In this document: positions 6,927 through 16,022 of the stretch, in pieces
Position numbering within the stretch: position 1 is the first letter of the stretch
Layout of the letters: each line of letters opens with the position of its first letter
Virus record (IMG/VR): IMGVR_UViG_3300034782_000053
Direction: 5' to 3' (one strand)
Length of the DNA: 64,000 nucleotides
Source of the DNA: a virus
Made by a program: the position numbers and the translations under genes
Notes under the pieces: model-generated
Databases searched by the model: none
What the model saw: the letters and a program-made list of their open reading frames with translations, nothing else
Told to the model about the DNA's origin: nothing

Positions 6927-7826
6927 ATGCAAGAAATTACACTAGAGCTGACAGCTCAGTGTCCTCATGACTGTCAACACTGTTCGTCAAAATCTGGCCC
7001 TGAGGAGCTTAAGCGGATCAGCCCAGAGACAGCCAAGCGGCTGATGGACGAGGCGGTCGCGCATGGCGCCAAGAGGATAAATTTCAGCGGCGGCGAGCCG
7101 TTGATGCATACGTTCTTTTGGGAGATAGCCAGCGAGGCAGCGAAGCGAGGATTTGAGATCCACGTTTATACGTCGGGAACCGTCCTGAGGGCTGGGCTGA
7201 AAGAGCCTCTCTCTCAGAGGCAGGCTGCGAAACTCAAGGAGCTTGGCGCTGTCGTGGCCTTCAATGTCCTGTCTGCTGACTACCGTGTTCACGACATGTT
7301 GACGAACTCGAAGGGGAGCTTCTGGCGTGCGGCGCAATCAGTCATTGTCTGTCGCGAGTCAGAGGTTACGGTCGACGTCAACTTTGTTCCCACGAAGTAC
7401 AACGACAATGAGTTGTGGGAGATGATACCCGCTGCAACCAAGGTCGGTGTTCGTCAGATCAATGTCCTTCGACTCGTCTCTCAGGGAAGGGCTATCGTTT
7501 CCAAGCTGGATATGCCCAAGTGGGACATAGAGGCCTTCGCTCATCGAGCCTTGGCAGGGTATACGACGAAGGTGAACCTCGGGGCGCCCTTCAATCATGC
7601 TGTTCCTGTGAGGCAGCAGAAGAGCTGTTCTGCGATTGAAAAAATCGTTGTAACGCCTGAAGGTATCCTTCTCCCCTGCGAGGTATTCAAGGGGAAGAGG
7701 GGCGACTTCGAGGGTCCGATGACGATTCAAGAAGCGCTGGAGTCGAGACCGTTCAACAGGTTGCGGCTGTGGCACGAAGAAAACCCGAACCGCTGCCCGG
7801 TTCATCACGCGGATGACTGGCCATGA
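6927..7826 (+). CDS. radical SAM enzyme
   Basis: CPHDCQHC (Cx3Cx2C) near N-terminus, FSGGEPLM SAM-binding motif; C-terminal region has only 3 Cys, so not a full SPASM domain. Confidence 0.8.
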   Translation: MQEITLELTAQCPHDCQHCSSKSGPEELKRISPETAKRLMDEAVAHGAKRINFSGGEPLMHTFFWEIASEAAKRGFEIHVYTSGTVLRAGLKEPLSQRQAAKLKELGAVVAFNVLSADYRVHDMLTNSKGSFWRAAQSVIVCRESEVTVDVNFVPTKYNDNELWEMIPAATKVGVRQINVLRLVSQGRAIVSKLDMPKWDIEAFAHRALAGYTTKVNLGAPFNHAVPVRQQKSCSAIEKIVVTPEGILLPCEVFKGKRGDFEGPMTIQEALESRPFNRLRLWHEENPNRCPVHHADDWP

Positions 7827-8416
7827 CGATTATTATCGGTGAAGTGACGCCCATCATCGATACGGGAATCCGTAAGGTCTGCAAGAAGCCCTACGCTGGA
7901 CACCCGAAGGGGTGTCCGAACTGGAACAAGAAGGGCCGGTTCGATTGTCCTCCGAAAGCTCCTCCGCTTCACCGGGTCATTGACTTGGAAAAAACAGTAT
8001 TTGCGGTGGTGAGCGCATTCGATATCGGTTCGCACGTCCTGAGGATGAAAAGTAAGCATCCGGACTGGACGGATCGGCAGCTCCGAAACGTCCTCTACTG
8101 GCAGGGGACGGCGCGGAAGAAGCTCCGTGGCGGGATCGCTCAGCTCCTGTCAGAGCATTCGGACTTGGTGGTACTGACCTGTCCAGAAGCGTGTGGCCTG
8201 ATGGTAACGAAGACTGTCGAGCCGCTTGGCGTGACGATGAGCTGGCCTCCTCTGGAGACAGTGCATCATGTCGCGCTTGCTGGAACGCCGCTGCCAACGC
8301 TTCGGGAACGCTATCCTGAGTACTGCGAAGCCAAGGCAGTGATCTTCGGACCCGAAGCTGGAAAAGTGGCGACTATAGAGACGCCTCAACCTAAGCAGGG
8401 TCTATTATTTTCTTGA
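7823..8416 (+). CDS. hypothetical protein (197 aa)
   Basis: ORF overlapping upstream stop by 4 nt (ATGA coupling); Cys/His rich N-terminus (CKKPYAGHPKGCPNWNKKGRFDCPP). Confidence 0.5.
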   Translation: MTIIIGEVTPIIDTGIRKVCKKPYAGHPKGCPNWNKKGRFDCPPKAPPLHRVIDLEKTVFAVVSAFDIGSHVLRMKSKHPDWTDRQLRNVLYWQGTARKKLRGGIAQLLSEHSDLVVLTCPEACGLMVTKTVEPLGVTMSWPPLETVHHVALAGTPLPTLRERYPEYCEAKAVIFGPEAGKVATIETPQPKQGLLFS

Positions 8417-8438
8417 CGGAATCTGGGCGGAGGCGGCG

Positions 8439-8999
8439 ATGTTGGTGATCTTTCTCGACATGGATGGGGTGATGAACTCAGCCCGCTGGTTTGAAGAGTT
8501 TGAAAAGAAGAAAAAGCGGAACATCCGTTCTCCGAGTTCCAGGTGGCCTGACGATAGCATCGACCCTGCTGCTGTGAAGCGGCTGAATTGGATACTCGCT
8601 GAGACAGATGCCAAGGTGGTGATCTCGTCATCTTGGCGACACGGATACAAGCTGGTGGACTTCCAAGAGATGATGAAGTCTGCTGGGGTCAGGGCTGACA
8701 TTATCGACTTTACGCCAACGAAAGGCGGCTACAAGGTTCGTGGACAAGAGATTGATGCCTGGTTGTCAAAGAGAGACGACGTCGAGCGATTTGTTATCCT
8801 CGACGACGACAACGACATGGAGCCTCACATGGAGCACCTCCTCAAGACGAGCTGGAAGGAGGGTCTTCTCGACTGGCACGTGCGGGTGGCGATACAGGTT
8901 TTGCGGGATGGGACGTCAGTATCACAGGCAGTGTTTGATGAGCTTGGGAAGCCTGCGGACGACGTCTTTTATCCCGGAGAGATTCGCAAGGAAGGGTAA
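8439..8999 (+). CDS. HAD-superfamily phosphatase-like protein
   Basis: HAD motif I FLDMDGV at N-terminus; motif III-like ILDDDND; size consistent with small HAD phosphatase/nucleotidase. Confidence 0.6.
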   Translation: MLVIFLDMDGVMNSARWFEEFEKKKKRNIRSPSSRWPDDSIDPAAVKRLNWILAETDAKVVISSSWRHGYKLVDFQEMMKSAGVRADIIDFTPTKGGYKVRGQEIDAWLSKRDDVERFVILDDDNDMEPHMEHLLKTSWKEGLLDWHVRVAIQVLRDGTSVSQAVFDELGKPADDVFYPGEIRKEG

Positions 9000-9150
9000 A
9001 TACCTCAAACTGAAGGGCATCGACGGCCGATGGGTCGACGGATGGAGAGTAGAGAGCGTCGGTGTCAGAATGCTATCCTCAGAAGCGTCCGAACGATCAC
9101 AGGACTACAAGCACCAGAGGAATGCAAGCGACATTTGAGGGGAGGACGCC

Positions 9151-9681
9151 ATGACTGAAAAAGTGCTCGTTTTGGACCAGGGGTATCAACCCCATCGCAT
9201 CGTGAGCTGGCAACGCGCCATCGTGATGATTTTTCGCCAGGTCGCAGAGGTCGTCGAAGAGTACGACGAGGACATTGCTTCGGCGACGTTCGTCATGAAG
9301 ATGCCGGCTGTAGTGCGTTTGCTCAAGCGAATCACCAGGCGTCGCGCGGTGAAATTCAGCCGCATGAACGTGCTGCTCCGTGACGGGTGGAAGTGTCAGT
9401 ATTGCGGTGAAAAGAAAAAGACCAAGCAGCTCAACTACGACCACGTTGTTCCGAAGTCGCAGGGCGGAAGAACCACCTGGGAGAACATCGTTACGAGCTG
9501 CTACGACTGCAACCACAAGAAGGCTGGCAGGACTCCGGAACAAGCGAGGATGCAGCTCCTCAAGAAGCCGGTTAAGCCGAAGAGCCTCCCGCTCGTGGCC
9601 TTCCACGTCGACGAGGCAGACTCGATTCCTGAAGCGTGGGCCAACTGGCTGTACTGGCATGGCAAGCTGGTCGAGGACTGA
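9151..9681 (+). CDS. HNH endonuclease
   Basis: CQYCGEKKKT...NYDHVVPKSQGGRTTWENIVTSCYDCNHKK - classic HNH/zinc-finger nuclease motif. Confidence 0.85.
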   Translation: MTEKVLVLDQGYQPHRIVSWQRAIVMIFRQVAEVVEEYDEDIASATFVMKMPAVVRLLKRITRRRAVKFSRMNVLLRDGWKCQYCGEKKKTKQLNYDHVVPKSQGGRTTWENIVTSCYDCNHKKAGRTPEQARMQLLKKPVKPKSLPLVAFHVDEADSIPEAWANWLYWHGKLVED

Positions 9682-9896
9682 TGAGTCACAGCGGTCACAA
9701 CTACAACCGTCGTCGCCTCTATAGCTGGTCTCGCAACCTGAAGCTAAAGGGTCTCCGGGGCTCTGGTCCCGGGGGCGCCTGCTCTATCACAGACCGAAAA
9801 GTCATCAAGCGAACCACGTCGAAGTTCCATCGACGAGAGCACAGGATTTATATCGAAGAGGGCCTCGAAGACCTGGAAGCTGAAAGAACAGCATGA
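9682..9896 (+). CDS. small basic hypothetical protein (about 71 aa)
   Basis: ATG at 9682 overlapping HNH stop (TGATG); Arg/Lys-rich. Confidence 0.3.
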
Positions 9897-9921
9897 TATT
9901 CTTGGTCTGCTAGGAGGCCCG

Positions 9922-10398
9922 ATGTACGAATATGCCGGCAATCAACAGCTCGAAAATCTGCTCGCTCAGCGGATTGCGTGGCTGAGGGCGCTCCACATGT
10001 GGTTCCACGCAGCTCACCATGTCGTCCGGGGAACGTCTTTTTCCGGTGACCATGCGAAGCTCTACGACAAGATTTACACGTCGATTCAGGACGAGGTGGA
10101 TGGGGCTGTCGAGAAGGGCATTGGCCTGACTGGAAATATGGAGCTTGCGAACCCCCAGTCGGTCGCTGCCGCAGCCTTGAAAATTCTCAAGGGAGGCCCC
10201 TCTCCCTCAGAGATGGACCCACAACAGCTCGCAGAAGCTGGAATGGCCCTGGAGCAGGCATATCTCTCATTCATCTCCGATATGTTCGAGGAGCTGGAAG
10301 AACAAGGCATGCTCAGCCTCGGGCTCAACGATCAACTCGCCGCCTCGGCAAATACTCACGAGACCTTCGTATACCTTTTGGGCCAGCGAGCGCGGTAA
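9922..10398 (+). CDS. Dps/ferritin-like protein
   Basis: LHMWFHAAHHVVRGTSFSGDHAKLYDKIYTSIQDEVD resembles the Dps ferroxidase-site helix pair (HW..H..RG..F...H..L.D....D). Confidence 0.55.
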   Translation: MYEYAGNQQLENLLAQRIAWLRALHMWFHAAHHVVRGTSFSGDHAKLYDKIYTSIQDEVDGAVEKGIGLTGNMELANPQSVAAAALKILKGGPSPSEMDPQQLAEAGMALEQAYLSFISDMFEELEEQGMLSLGLNDQLAASANTHETFVYLLGQRAR

Positions 10399-10576
10399 TG
10401 GCCCGCTCCCGCTGCCATCGTCGACACCTCACTGAGCGGGCGAAGGCCCGCACACAACGCAAACTCAAAAGTCTCTGGTGGCTCTACGCTTCTGAGCCCA
10501 CCCGCATGCGGAACATCCGGAGCCGAAAACCGGTGCCCCGCCGCATCAACAAGCGCACCTATCGGGAACGGTACTG

Positions 10577-10798
10577 ATGCTCTGGTTGCCGAATCATCAA
10601 CGCACAGACCCAATACTGACTGCCTACTTCAGCGGCCTTCGCCGCGACTGCGAGACGGGAGAGTGGCAAGACATCGACGTTTCCTGCCCTGGCCTCGCTG
10701 AACCCTTCCGATCGAGCGCCAAGGCGATCCAGCAACGCGAGGTCGAGGAGGGTGCTCTTCTCTTTGGTCCTGACGGCAGTCCTATCGTCATGAGATGA
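10577..10798 (+). CDS. small hypothetical protein
   Basis: ORF preceding and overlapping the next gene start by 4 nt. Confidence 0.3.
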   Translation: MLWLPNHQRTDPILTAYFSGLRRDCETGEWQDIDVSCPGLAEPFRSSAKAIQQREVEEGALLFGPDGSPIVMR

Positions 10799-11280
10799 AG
10801 AAGAATAAAGCTAAGAAAAAGAAGGGCCGCAAGCGCAAGAGCAAGATCTCCGAAGCGGCGGCGCAGAAGGCCCGGAAGCGCCATTGGGATCATGGGACGC
10901 AACACATTCCCATCCATCCTGACGACCTCGAACCCAATGAGCCCCTGAGCTTTCAGCACAGTTGCAAGCCTCATACTCGGTGGCGCTGCCAGGAGTGCAG
11001 GTACGGGTTTGATGAGGAGCAAGGTATCTGGTGGGGGCCACCGAACTCGAAGACGAACTGTCCTCGGTGCCGCTCTACGCGCATTCAGCAGCAGGACGCC
11101 AAGTACCGCTGCCTCAACTGCGATGAGGAATTCTGGGACTTCCCCACGCCGACGAGCTGCCCGAACAAGCGCTGTCCTCGGATTGAAGGTAAAAAACATC
11201 CTGGAGATGAAAATGACCGCGGGACCTACGTGGTGTGGATCGACTATGAAGAGTGGGCTCGGCTACACGGGTTCACATAG
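10795..11280 (+). CDS. basic multi-zinc-ribbon protein
   Basis: Poly-Lys/Arg N-terminus then four CxxC pairs (CQECRYG, CPRCRS, CLNCDEE, CPNKRCPR). Confidence 0.5.
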   Translation: MKKNKAKKKKGRKRKSKISEAAAQKARKRHWDHGTQHIPIHPDDLEPNEPLSFQHSCKPHTRWRCQECRYGFDEEQGIWWGPPNSKTNCPRCRSTRIQQQDAKYRCLNCDEEFWDFPTPTSCPNKRCPRIEGKKHPGDENDRGTYVVWIDYEEWARLHGFT

Positions 11281-12120
11281 ATCGACTGTTGCAACGATTT
11301 CTTCGGTAGGTTTTGCTGTCATCGATTCGACGATGTCTGCGTCGAGCAGGCGCAGCGACCAGTGGGTCGGGACGTATTCGTCTTCGATGTCATAGTCCAT
11401 GGTGATGCCGTCCAGCTCCTCGACGTCGCAGCCCAGTAGATCCTCTGCGGCCCATGTGCCTCCGGCGAATACGTCGACGTAGACGATGGAATCGTAGCCT
11501 TGGGACAAAGCAGCCCGCTGGACAGCCGGCGCGTCGACGAATATATAGGTGTCTGCTACCAGGTGCGCGGCTGTTTCGATCGTCGGCTCTTCATGCCACT
11601 CTTCTCGGGCTACCCATGAAATGAGTGTATCTGGAATCGAAAGGCTGAACGGTACGACGTCGTCGTCAATTTCTTCATAGTCTTCGTCAAGAACCTTGAA
11701 CAAAAACTCGCCGCCCTTGGCCTTTCCAATGAGACGGTTGTGTAGGTAGTTGTAGATCTTGGTAACCTCTCCCTCGGAAATCCCGCCGACGTAGTCGTAG
11801 CGCAGCATCTTCAGGATATTCGAGAGCGAGTTGTAGCACCCTTCGCCGAGAATGAGCGGGTTGCGCAAACGGAGCTGCGCTGTGTGCACTGTTGAGGTCG
11901 GCAAGAACGCTGTTCTTGTTCGAGACCAAACGTCCCCAGGACGTGCGGACCATATGACAGCTACCGGGAGCGACGGCGTGAAGGAAAGACCTTTGCGAGC
12001 GCCTTTAATGTCGCGGCGCTGTGTGCCGCGGTAGACGGTGTTCAGATTGATTCCGAGTTCGAGATCAAGGCGCATTGGTTTCGATGCATATGATAGCATA
12101 ATCCTCATGACGGACGACAC
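11263..12120 (-). CDS. hypothetical protein; possible R-S-E type mono-ADP-ribosyltransferase-like
   Basis: Ordered candidate motifs VYRGT (Arg), LSFTPSL (S-x-S/T), ISEGEV (E-x-E); acidic C-terminal half; likely true start at internal ATG about 12108. Confidence 0.3.
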   Translation of the reverse strand: MSSVMRIMLSYASKPMRLDLELGINLNTVYRGTQRRDIKGARKGLSFTPSLPVAVIWSARPGDVWSRTRTAFLPTSTVHTAQLRLRNPLILGEGCYNSLSNILKMLRYDYVGGISEGEVTKIYNYLHNRLIGKAKGGEFLFKVLDEDYEEIDDDVVPFSLSIPDTLISWVAREEWHEEPTIETAAHLVADTYIFVDAPAVQRAALSQGYDSIVYVDVFAGGTWAAEDLLGCDVEELDGITMDYDIEDEYVPTHWSLRLLDADIVESMTAKPTEEIVATVDLCEPV

Positions 12121-12208
12121 TAACGAGGAGGAGCGTCAAAGAGAGGCGGTCCTTAGATCGATCGTCTCGTATCCTGACGACGATCCCCTTGCCGAGCTGT
12201 CGTTTTGA

Positions 12209-13606
12209 TTACTTGAGATAGTCGTCTGGGCTCCAGTCGGAGCCGACAGTGGGGAGCCCGAGAGCCTGCTTGAAAACGCGAATGCAGTCGTTGGCGGTCA
12301 TGTCTTTGTTGATGAGCCTGGCCTCTGTGACCTTGACCGCGGCGTCGCCGAGCCTCCTGTAGACCTCGCCGTCGGCGACCTCGTTCTCGTCGATGTAATC
12401 GGAGAGATACTTCTTACTCTCCTCCCGAATGGCTTTGCGCCACTCTTCTGGGAGCGATGGGTCGATCTGCGAGCCGATCTCCATCAGTCCATCGTCGTCT
12501 GGGGTGACGACCTCGACGAGTGTCTCGGCGAGAGCTTCGCGCACCTTCTCGACGGGCAGAGCGGAGCCGGTCGTGGATATGAGCTTCTTTGTGAGCTTCT
12601 CCGCGAACTCGTCGAGCATCCTGTCGGCTGGCTGCAGCCACCAAGCATCGTCCCATTCGCCGTCTGGCATCTTCATTCGGAAGACTTCTTTGTCTTCGTC
12701 GAAGTAGAGTGTTCCAGGTGCTGCATTCTCCGGTTGCTGACCGAGGTTGAGCTTGACGAGGTCCATTTCGCTGAGAGGGTTTTCTTTCTCGTGCTCCAGG
12801 TCGATTTCGGTGTACTCGGCGTTGTAGTCGTCAAATCCGTGCTTCTCTTTGAGCTGCTGGCGAATGAGCCTGCTCGCCTCTTCGTGGGAGAGCCCCCACC
12901 GCATTCCGGGTGGGTTCTCGTACTCAGCGCGACGAATGCGCTCCTCGTGCTCAGCGATTTCTTTGAGAGCCTCTTCCAGCTCTTCAGGCGAGAGGTCGTT
13001 CTCATAGACGTAGGAGGAGTGACGGCCGTTTAGCTCGACGCGAACCTCTGCGTACTCCCTCCGGCGACCATGTTCGATGTCGCAGAACTGGTCGGCGATG
13101 TTGGAAGGGACCTCCAGCATTGCGTGGATGCCCTGTCGTGGTGGAACCGCGATGGCTCTTCGGAGCATGAGCTTGCCCTTGAGTCCTTCGGGCTTCCCGT
13201 CTTCTGGCAGAAGAGTTTCGAGGGTCGCAGGGTCGGCCATGTACATCGCCGGCAAAACAGCGCAGGGCTTGTCGCCGACGCTGAGTGTTACAATGCCCCC
13301 TCGGATGAAGTCAGCGAGGAGCTTGTTGTCGGTGAACCGGGCGCTGATGGTCAGCTCTTTGATCTGCATCGTCGAGTCGCTGGGAAACATCCCAGGACAG
13401 GGCATGTTCGTGCGGGTCTCGTCTTCCTGGTCGGTCATGAAGAGCATGATCCGATTGTCACGCTGCCTGAAAGTGGTCTGTTTGGAGACATTCGGAGCTG
13501 CGAGTGGTGCCGTTGACTTGGTCCGAGAATCTGCGATCCAGGCATGGAAGAAAGAGCGGTCCTCGCGTCGCGTGAATGTTCGTCCTGGTCCTACGAGCTT
13601 GGGCAT
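12209..13606 (-). CDS. hypothetical protein (465 aa), paralog of downstream-adjacent gene
   Basis: Shares N-terminal block WIAD...TTFR...LFMTD...RTNM and AIAVPPRQ with ORF 13616..14340. Confidence 0.55.
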   Translation of the reverse strand: MPKLVGPGRTFTRREDRSFFHAWIADSRTKSTAPLAAPNVSKQTTFRQRDNRIMLFMTDQEDETRTNMPCPGMFPSDSTMQIKELTISARFTDNKLLADFIRGGIVTLSVGDKPCAVLPAMYMADPATLETLLPEDGKPEGLKGKLMLRRAIAVPPRQGIHAMLEVPSNIADQFCDIEHGRRREYAEVRVELNGRHSSYVYENDLSPEELEEALKEIAEHEERIRRAEYENPPGMRWGLSHEEASRLIRQQLKEKHGFDDYNAEYTEIDLEHEKENPLSEMDLVKLNLGQQPENAAPGTLYFDEDKEVFRMKMPDGEWDDAWWLQPADRMLDEFAEKLTKKLISTTGSALPVEKVREALAETLVEVVTPDDDGLMEIGSQIDPSLPEEWRKAIREESKKYLSDYIDENEVADGEVYRRLGDAAVKVTEARLINKDMTANDCIRVFKQALGLPTVGSDWSPDDYLK

Positions 13607-13615
13607 GACGTTCTC

Positions 13616-14340
13616 CTACTGGACCTCTCGGGTCATTGTGGCGTCGAGGAGTCCTGTGACCTCGGCGTAGCTGCTTTTGTCAGACGAGTTTTGCTCGATG
13701 CGGTTCATGGCACCGGTAAACTCCTCGTCGGACCTGATGAGCATGTGGAAGGTCTGACGGGGAGGGATGGCGATCGGGGAGCGTTTCTTCTCTGCAGAAA
13801 CGACTCTGTCCGTTCCATCGTTGGCGAAGCCGCCATGGCGCTCGGGCTCAAAGAGCGTGATTCCGTGTCGGTAGACGGGGTATGGAACGCCGTCTCTGTC
13901 GGTCTCTATTCCGGCTTCGGGATTGATCTTTTTTGCGTCGAAGCTTGCCGGAACATTGCTCATGAGTCGATCGCCGTCTTCGCCAATGACGAAGTGCAAG
14001 CTCACACCCTCGAAGAATTTGTTGTAGTTTGCCGGGTCGGTGAAGGAAGCGTGGAAGCCTACGCGCGAGATCATGCACGTCCTGTCGGCAACGAGCTGAC
14101 CGCTCAGGCACATGTTGGTCCTGAACTTGTCTCCCATGTCGGTCATGAATAGCTTGAGGCTCGGGCGAAACGTTGTTTGTTCAGAAATTCCGACTCCGTC
14201 TGGCCTTCTGTCAGCGATCCAGCCGCTGTAAAGGAGGTAGCCCAGACGCTCAATGACTCCGACGATTCGTGGCAATGCTTCCTCCTGGGGATGGAGAGGA
14301 GAATAACACGTGCAACATCCTGAGGACAACTGAAAATATT
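13616..14340 (-). CDS. hypothetical protein, paralog of 12209..13606
   Basis: Conserved block GWIADRRPDG...TTFRPS..LFMTDMGDKFRTNM...PIAIPPRQ; track ORF extends to 14590 but N-terminal 80 aa overlap the divergent gene so an internal start is assumed. Confidence 0.45.
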
Positions 14341-14381
14341 GCATGTGTTTGGTCGTCCGTTGTGGTAGGGTTGCATGTGTT

Positions 14382-15191
14382 ATGTCTGTTGGTGCGCGCA
14401 AAGACAAAGTGAAAGCGATCACCGTTACGATCCCGGAGAGGGTGTACGGTGGAAAGGTGGCTGAAGGCGAGAAGGGGGTGGAAAACCCTATCAAACGGCT
14501 AAACTTCTTCAAGCGTAAGAAAAGGTTCAAAATCGAACCGGCAACGGTGATCACCGGGAACAACGGCATCGGAAAGACGACGCTCATCAATGCGCTCTGT
14601 GCAGGGCTCGGTCTCGACGACGAGTACTTTTCTCGTGAGTCGACAAGAAGCTCGTCTCATGGACATTTCGGAGTCGATCAGGCAGTGAGGACATTCGGAC
14701 TACTGACTCTGCCTGAAGAATATGACAGTGTTTATCGGTTCGCCGGAGACGCGTCGCGAAGACGGGCACTCGCTCTCGATACGATGGAGGATCTGGCGAT
14801 CACGATGGCGAAGGGGAGCCATGGCGAGATCAATTTGCACAAGTTCCACAGCATGGTGCTCAAACCGTCTCAGAAAGACCTGCTCGCGAACAAGTCGGTC
14901 GTCGTCGCACTCGATGAGCCTGAGGCTGGTCTGAGCTTGGAAAACGTCTTCCGTTTCATGGGGCTGATCAAGAATGCTTGCGAAACGGCGTGTCAGCTTT
15001 CGCTGGTAGGTCATCGTCTTCTATTCATCGTCTCGACTCAGCACCCGCTCATCTGGCGTGCAGCGCTTGACGGGGCGGCGCTGTGGCTGGACCTTGGTGG
15101 ATGGGAGAAAGAAAACCCCTTCAGCATGTTCGATGACCTCATCGGTTCCGAAGATGGCAAAGAAAGAATCAGACTCTATCACCTCACATGA
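14382..15191 (+). CDS. AAA/ABC-type ATPase
   Basis: Walker A VITGNNGIGKTTL, Walker B VVVALDEPEAGLS; track ORF starts 14343, internal ATG 14382 is directly after a promoter-motif copy. Confidence 0.65.
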   Translation: MSVGARKDKVKAITVTIPERVYGGKVAEGEKGVENPIKRLNFFKRKKRFKIEPATVITGNNGIGKTTLINALCAGLGLDDEYFSRESTRSSSHGHFGVDQAVRTFGLLTLPEEYDSVYRFAGDASRRRALALDTMEDLAITMAKGSHGEINLHKFHSMVLKPSQKDLLANKSVVVALDEPEAGLSLENVFRFMGLIKNACETACQLSLVGHRLLFIVSTQHPLIWRAALDGAALWLDLGGWEKENPFSMFDDLIGSEDGKERIRLYHLT

Positions 15192-15231
15192 GGATTATGT
15201 AGACCACCTCCTGGTCGAGCGTCTCTGGGCA

Positions 15232-15618
15232 ATGCTGGGGCCGGATTACGATCCCTGGGGTGTAGGGTTCAGGCTGGAGATGCTCGATGAGGTCAGAGGC
15301 GAGAACGAGGCGCCCTACATTGGCTGGGGTGAGGGGCCATGGAATGCTCGCCTTCACGCTGAGCGCATTCGTTACATCGCCGAGACGCCGTCCATCATGG
15401 AAGACCCCATCGAGGTGGACAACAGGTGCGGGAACCAGAGCTTCTGCCCAGGCCCCGTCCTCGCGATCTATCCAGAGCCGATCATCACCGACGGAAACCA
15501 CCGGTTCCTCGCCCATGTGTGGAAGAAGCTGAAGACGATCCCGGCGAGCTACGGAGGCCGGGTGGACTTGCTCGAATACCTGACGGGTGAATCCGAAGAG
15601 ATGCCGGTCGACGACTAG
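15232..15618 (+). CDS. ParB-like nuclease domain protein
   Basis: ParBc signature PIITDGNHRFLAHV; track ORF 15058..15618 overlaps ATPase in another frame so ATG 15232 assumed. Confidence 0.55.
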   Translation: MLGPDYDPWGVGFRLEMLDEVRGENEAPYIGWGEGPWNARLHAERIRYIAETPSIMEDPIEVDNRCGNQSFCPGPVLAIYPEPIITDGNHRFLAHVWKKLKTIPASYGGRVDLLEYLTGESEEMPVDD

Positions 15619-15923
15619 CCAGCCTGAACGTGGACGCGGTACGTCTGATTCATCTCCCTGACTTCAACGCTGGAGACGACGGGGTCAAACACCTCCATCG
15701 TCTCCTCTTTCATGCCGACGAGCTTGAGCTTTCCCTTGACGCCGCGGTCTTGGTTGTGGACAACGTACTCGATCTGTTCGAGTGAAGGAGCCGGGTCGAC
15801 GTAGAAAATGGCGCCTTGGGCAATGAGACCGCCGTTGGGCTGAAAGCTATCCTCGATGGCCTTGCGGAAGGATTCTGTTTGTGGTCTCGGGAAGACCAGG
15901 ACAAGTTTTGTATCTGCGAACAT
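15615..15923 (-). CDS. hypothetical protein (102 aa)
   Basis: ORF whose ATG (15921-15923) sits 1 nt from the 3' end of the minus-strand tRNA. Confidence 0.45.
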   Translation of the reverse strand: MFADTKLVLVFPRPQTESFRKAIEDSFQPNGGLIAQGAIFYVDPAPSLEQIEYVVHNQDRGVKGKLKLVGMKEETMEVFDPVVSSVEVREMNQTYRVHVQAG

Positions 15924-15924
15924 G

Positions 15925-16001
15925 TGGTGCGGAGGACGGGATTCGAACCCGCATCCAGCGGTTTTAAAGACCGCCCGCTCGTCCGGTTGAGCTTCCCCCG
16001 C
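15925..16001 (-). tRNA. tRNA with UUA anticodon (reads UAA; ochre suppressor type), encoded CCA
   Basis: Reverse complement folds as GCGGGGG-AA-GCTC-AACCGGAC-GAGC-GG-GCGGT-[CTTTAAA]-ACCGC-TGGAT-GCGGG-TTCGAAT-CCCGT-CCTCCGC-A-CCA; perfect AC stem, U33 and A37 present. Confidence 0.6.
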
Positions 16002-16022
16002 GTGGGGCCGAAGCCCCTGGTG

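Noticed and set aside
9682-9896. Small basic protein initially suspected to be a ribosomal protein (bL32/bL33-like)
   Set aside because: No convincing alignment to any ribosomal protein signature; only basic composition.
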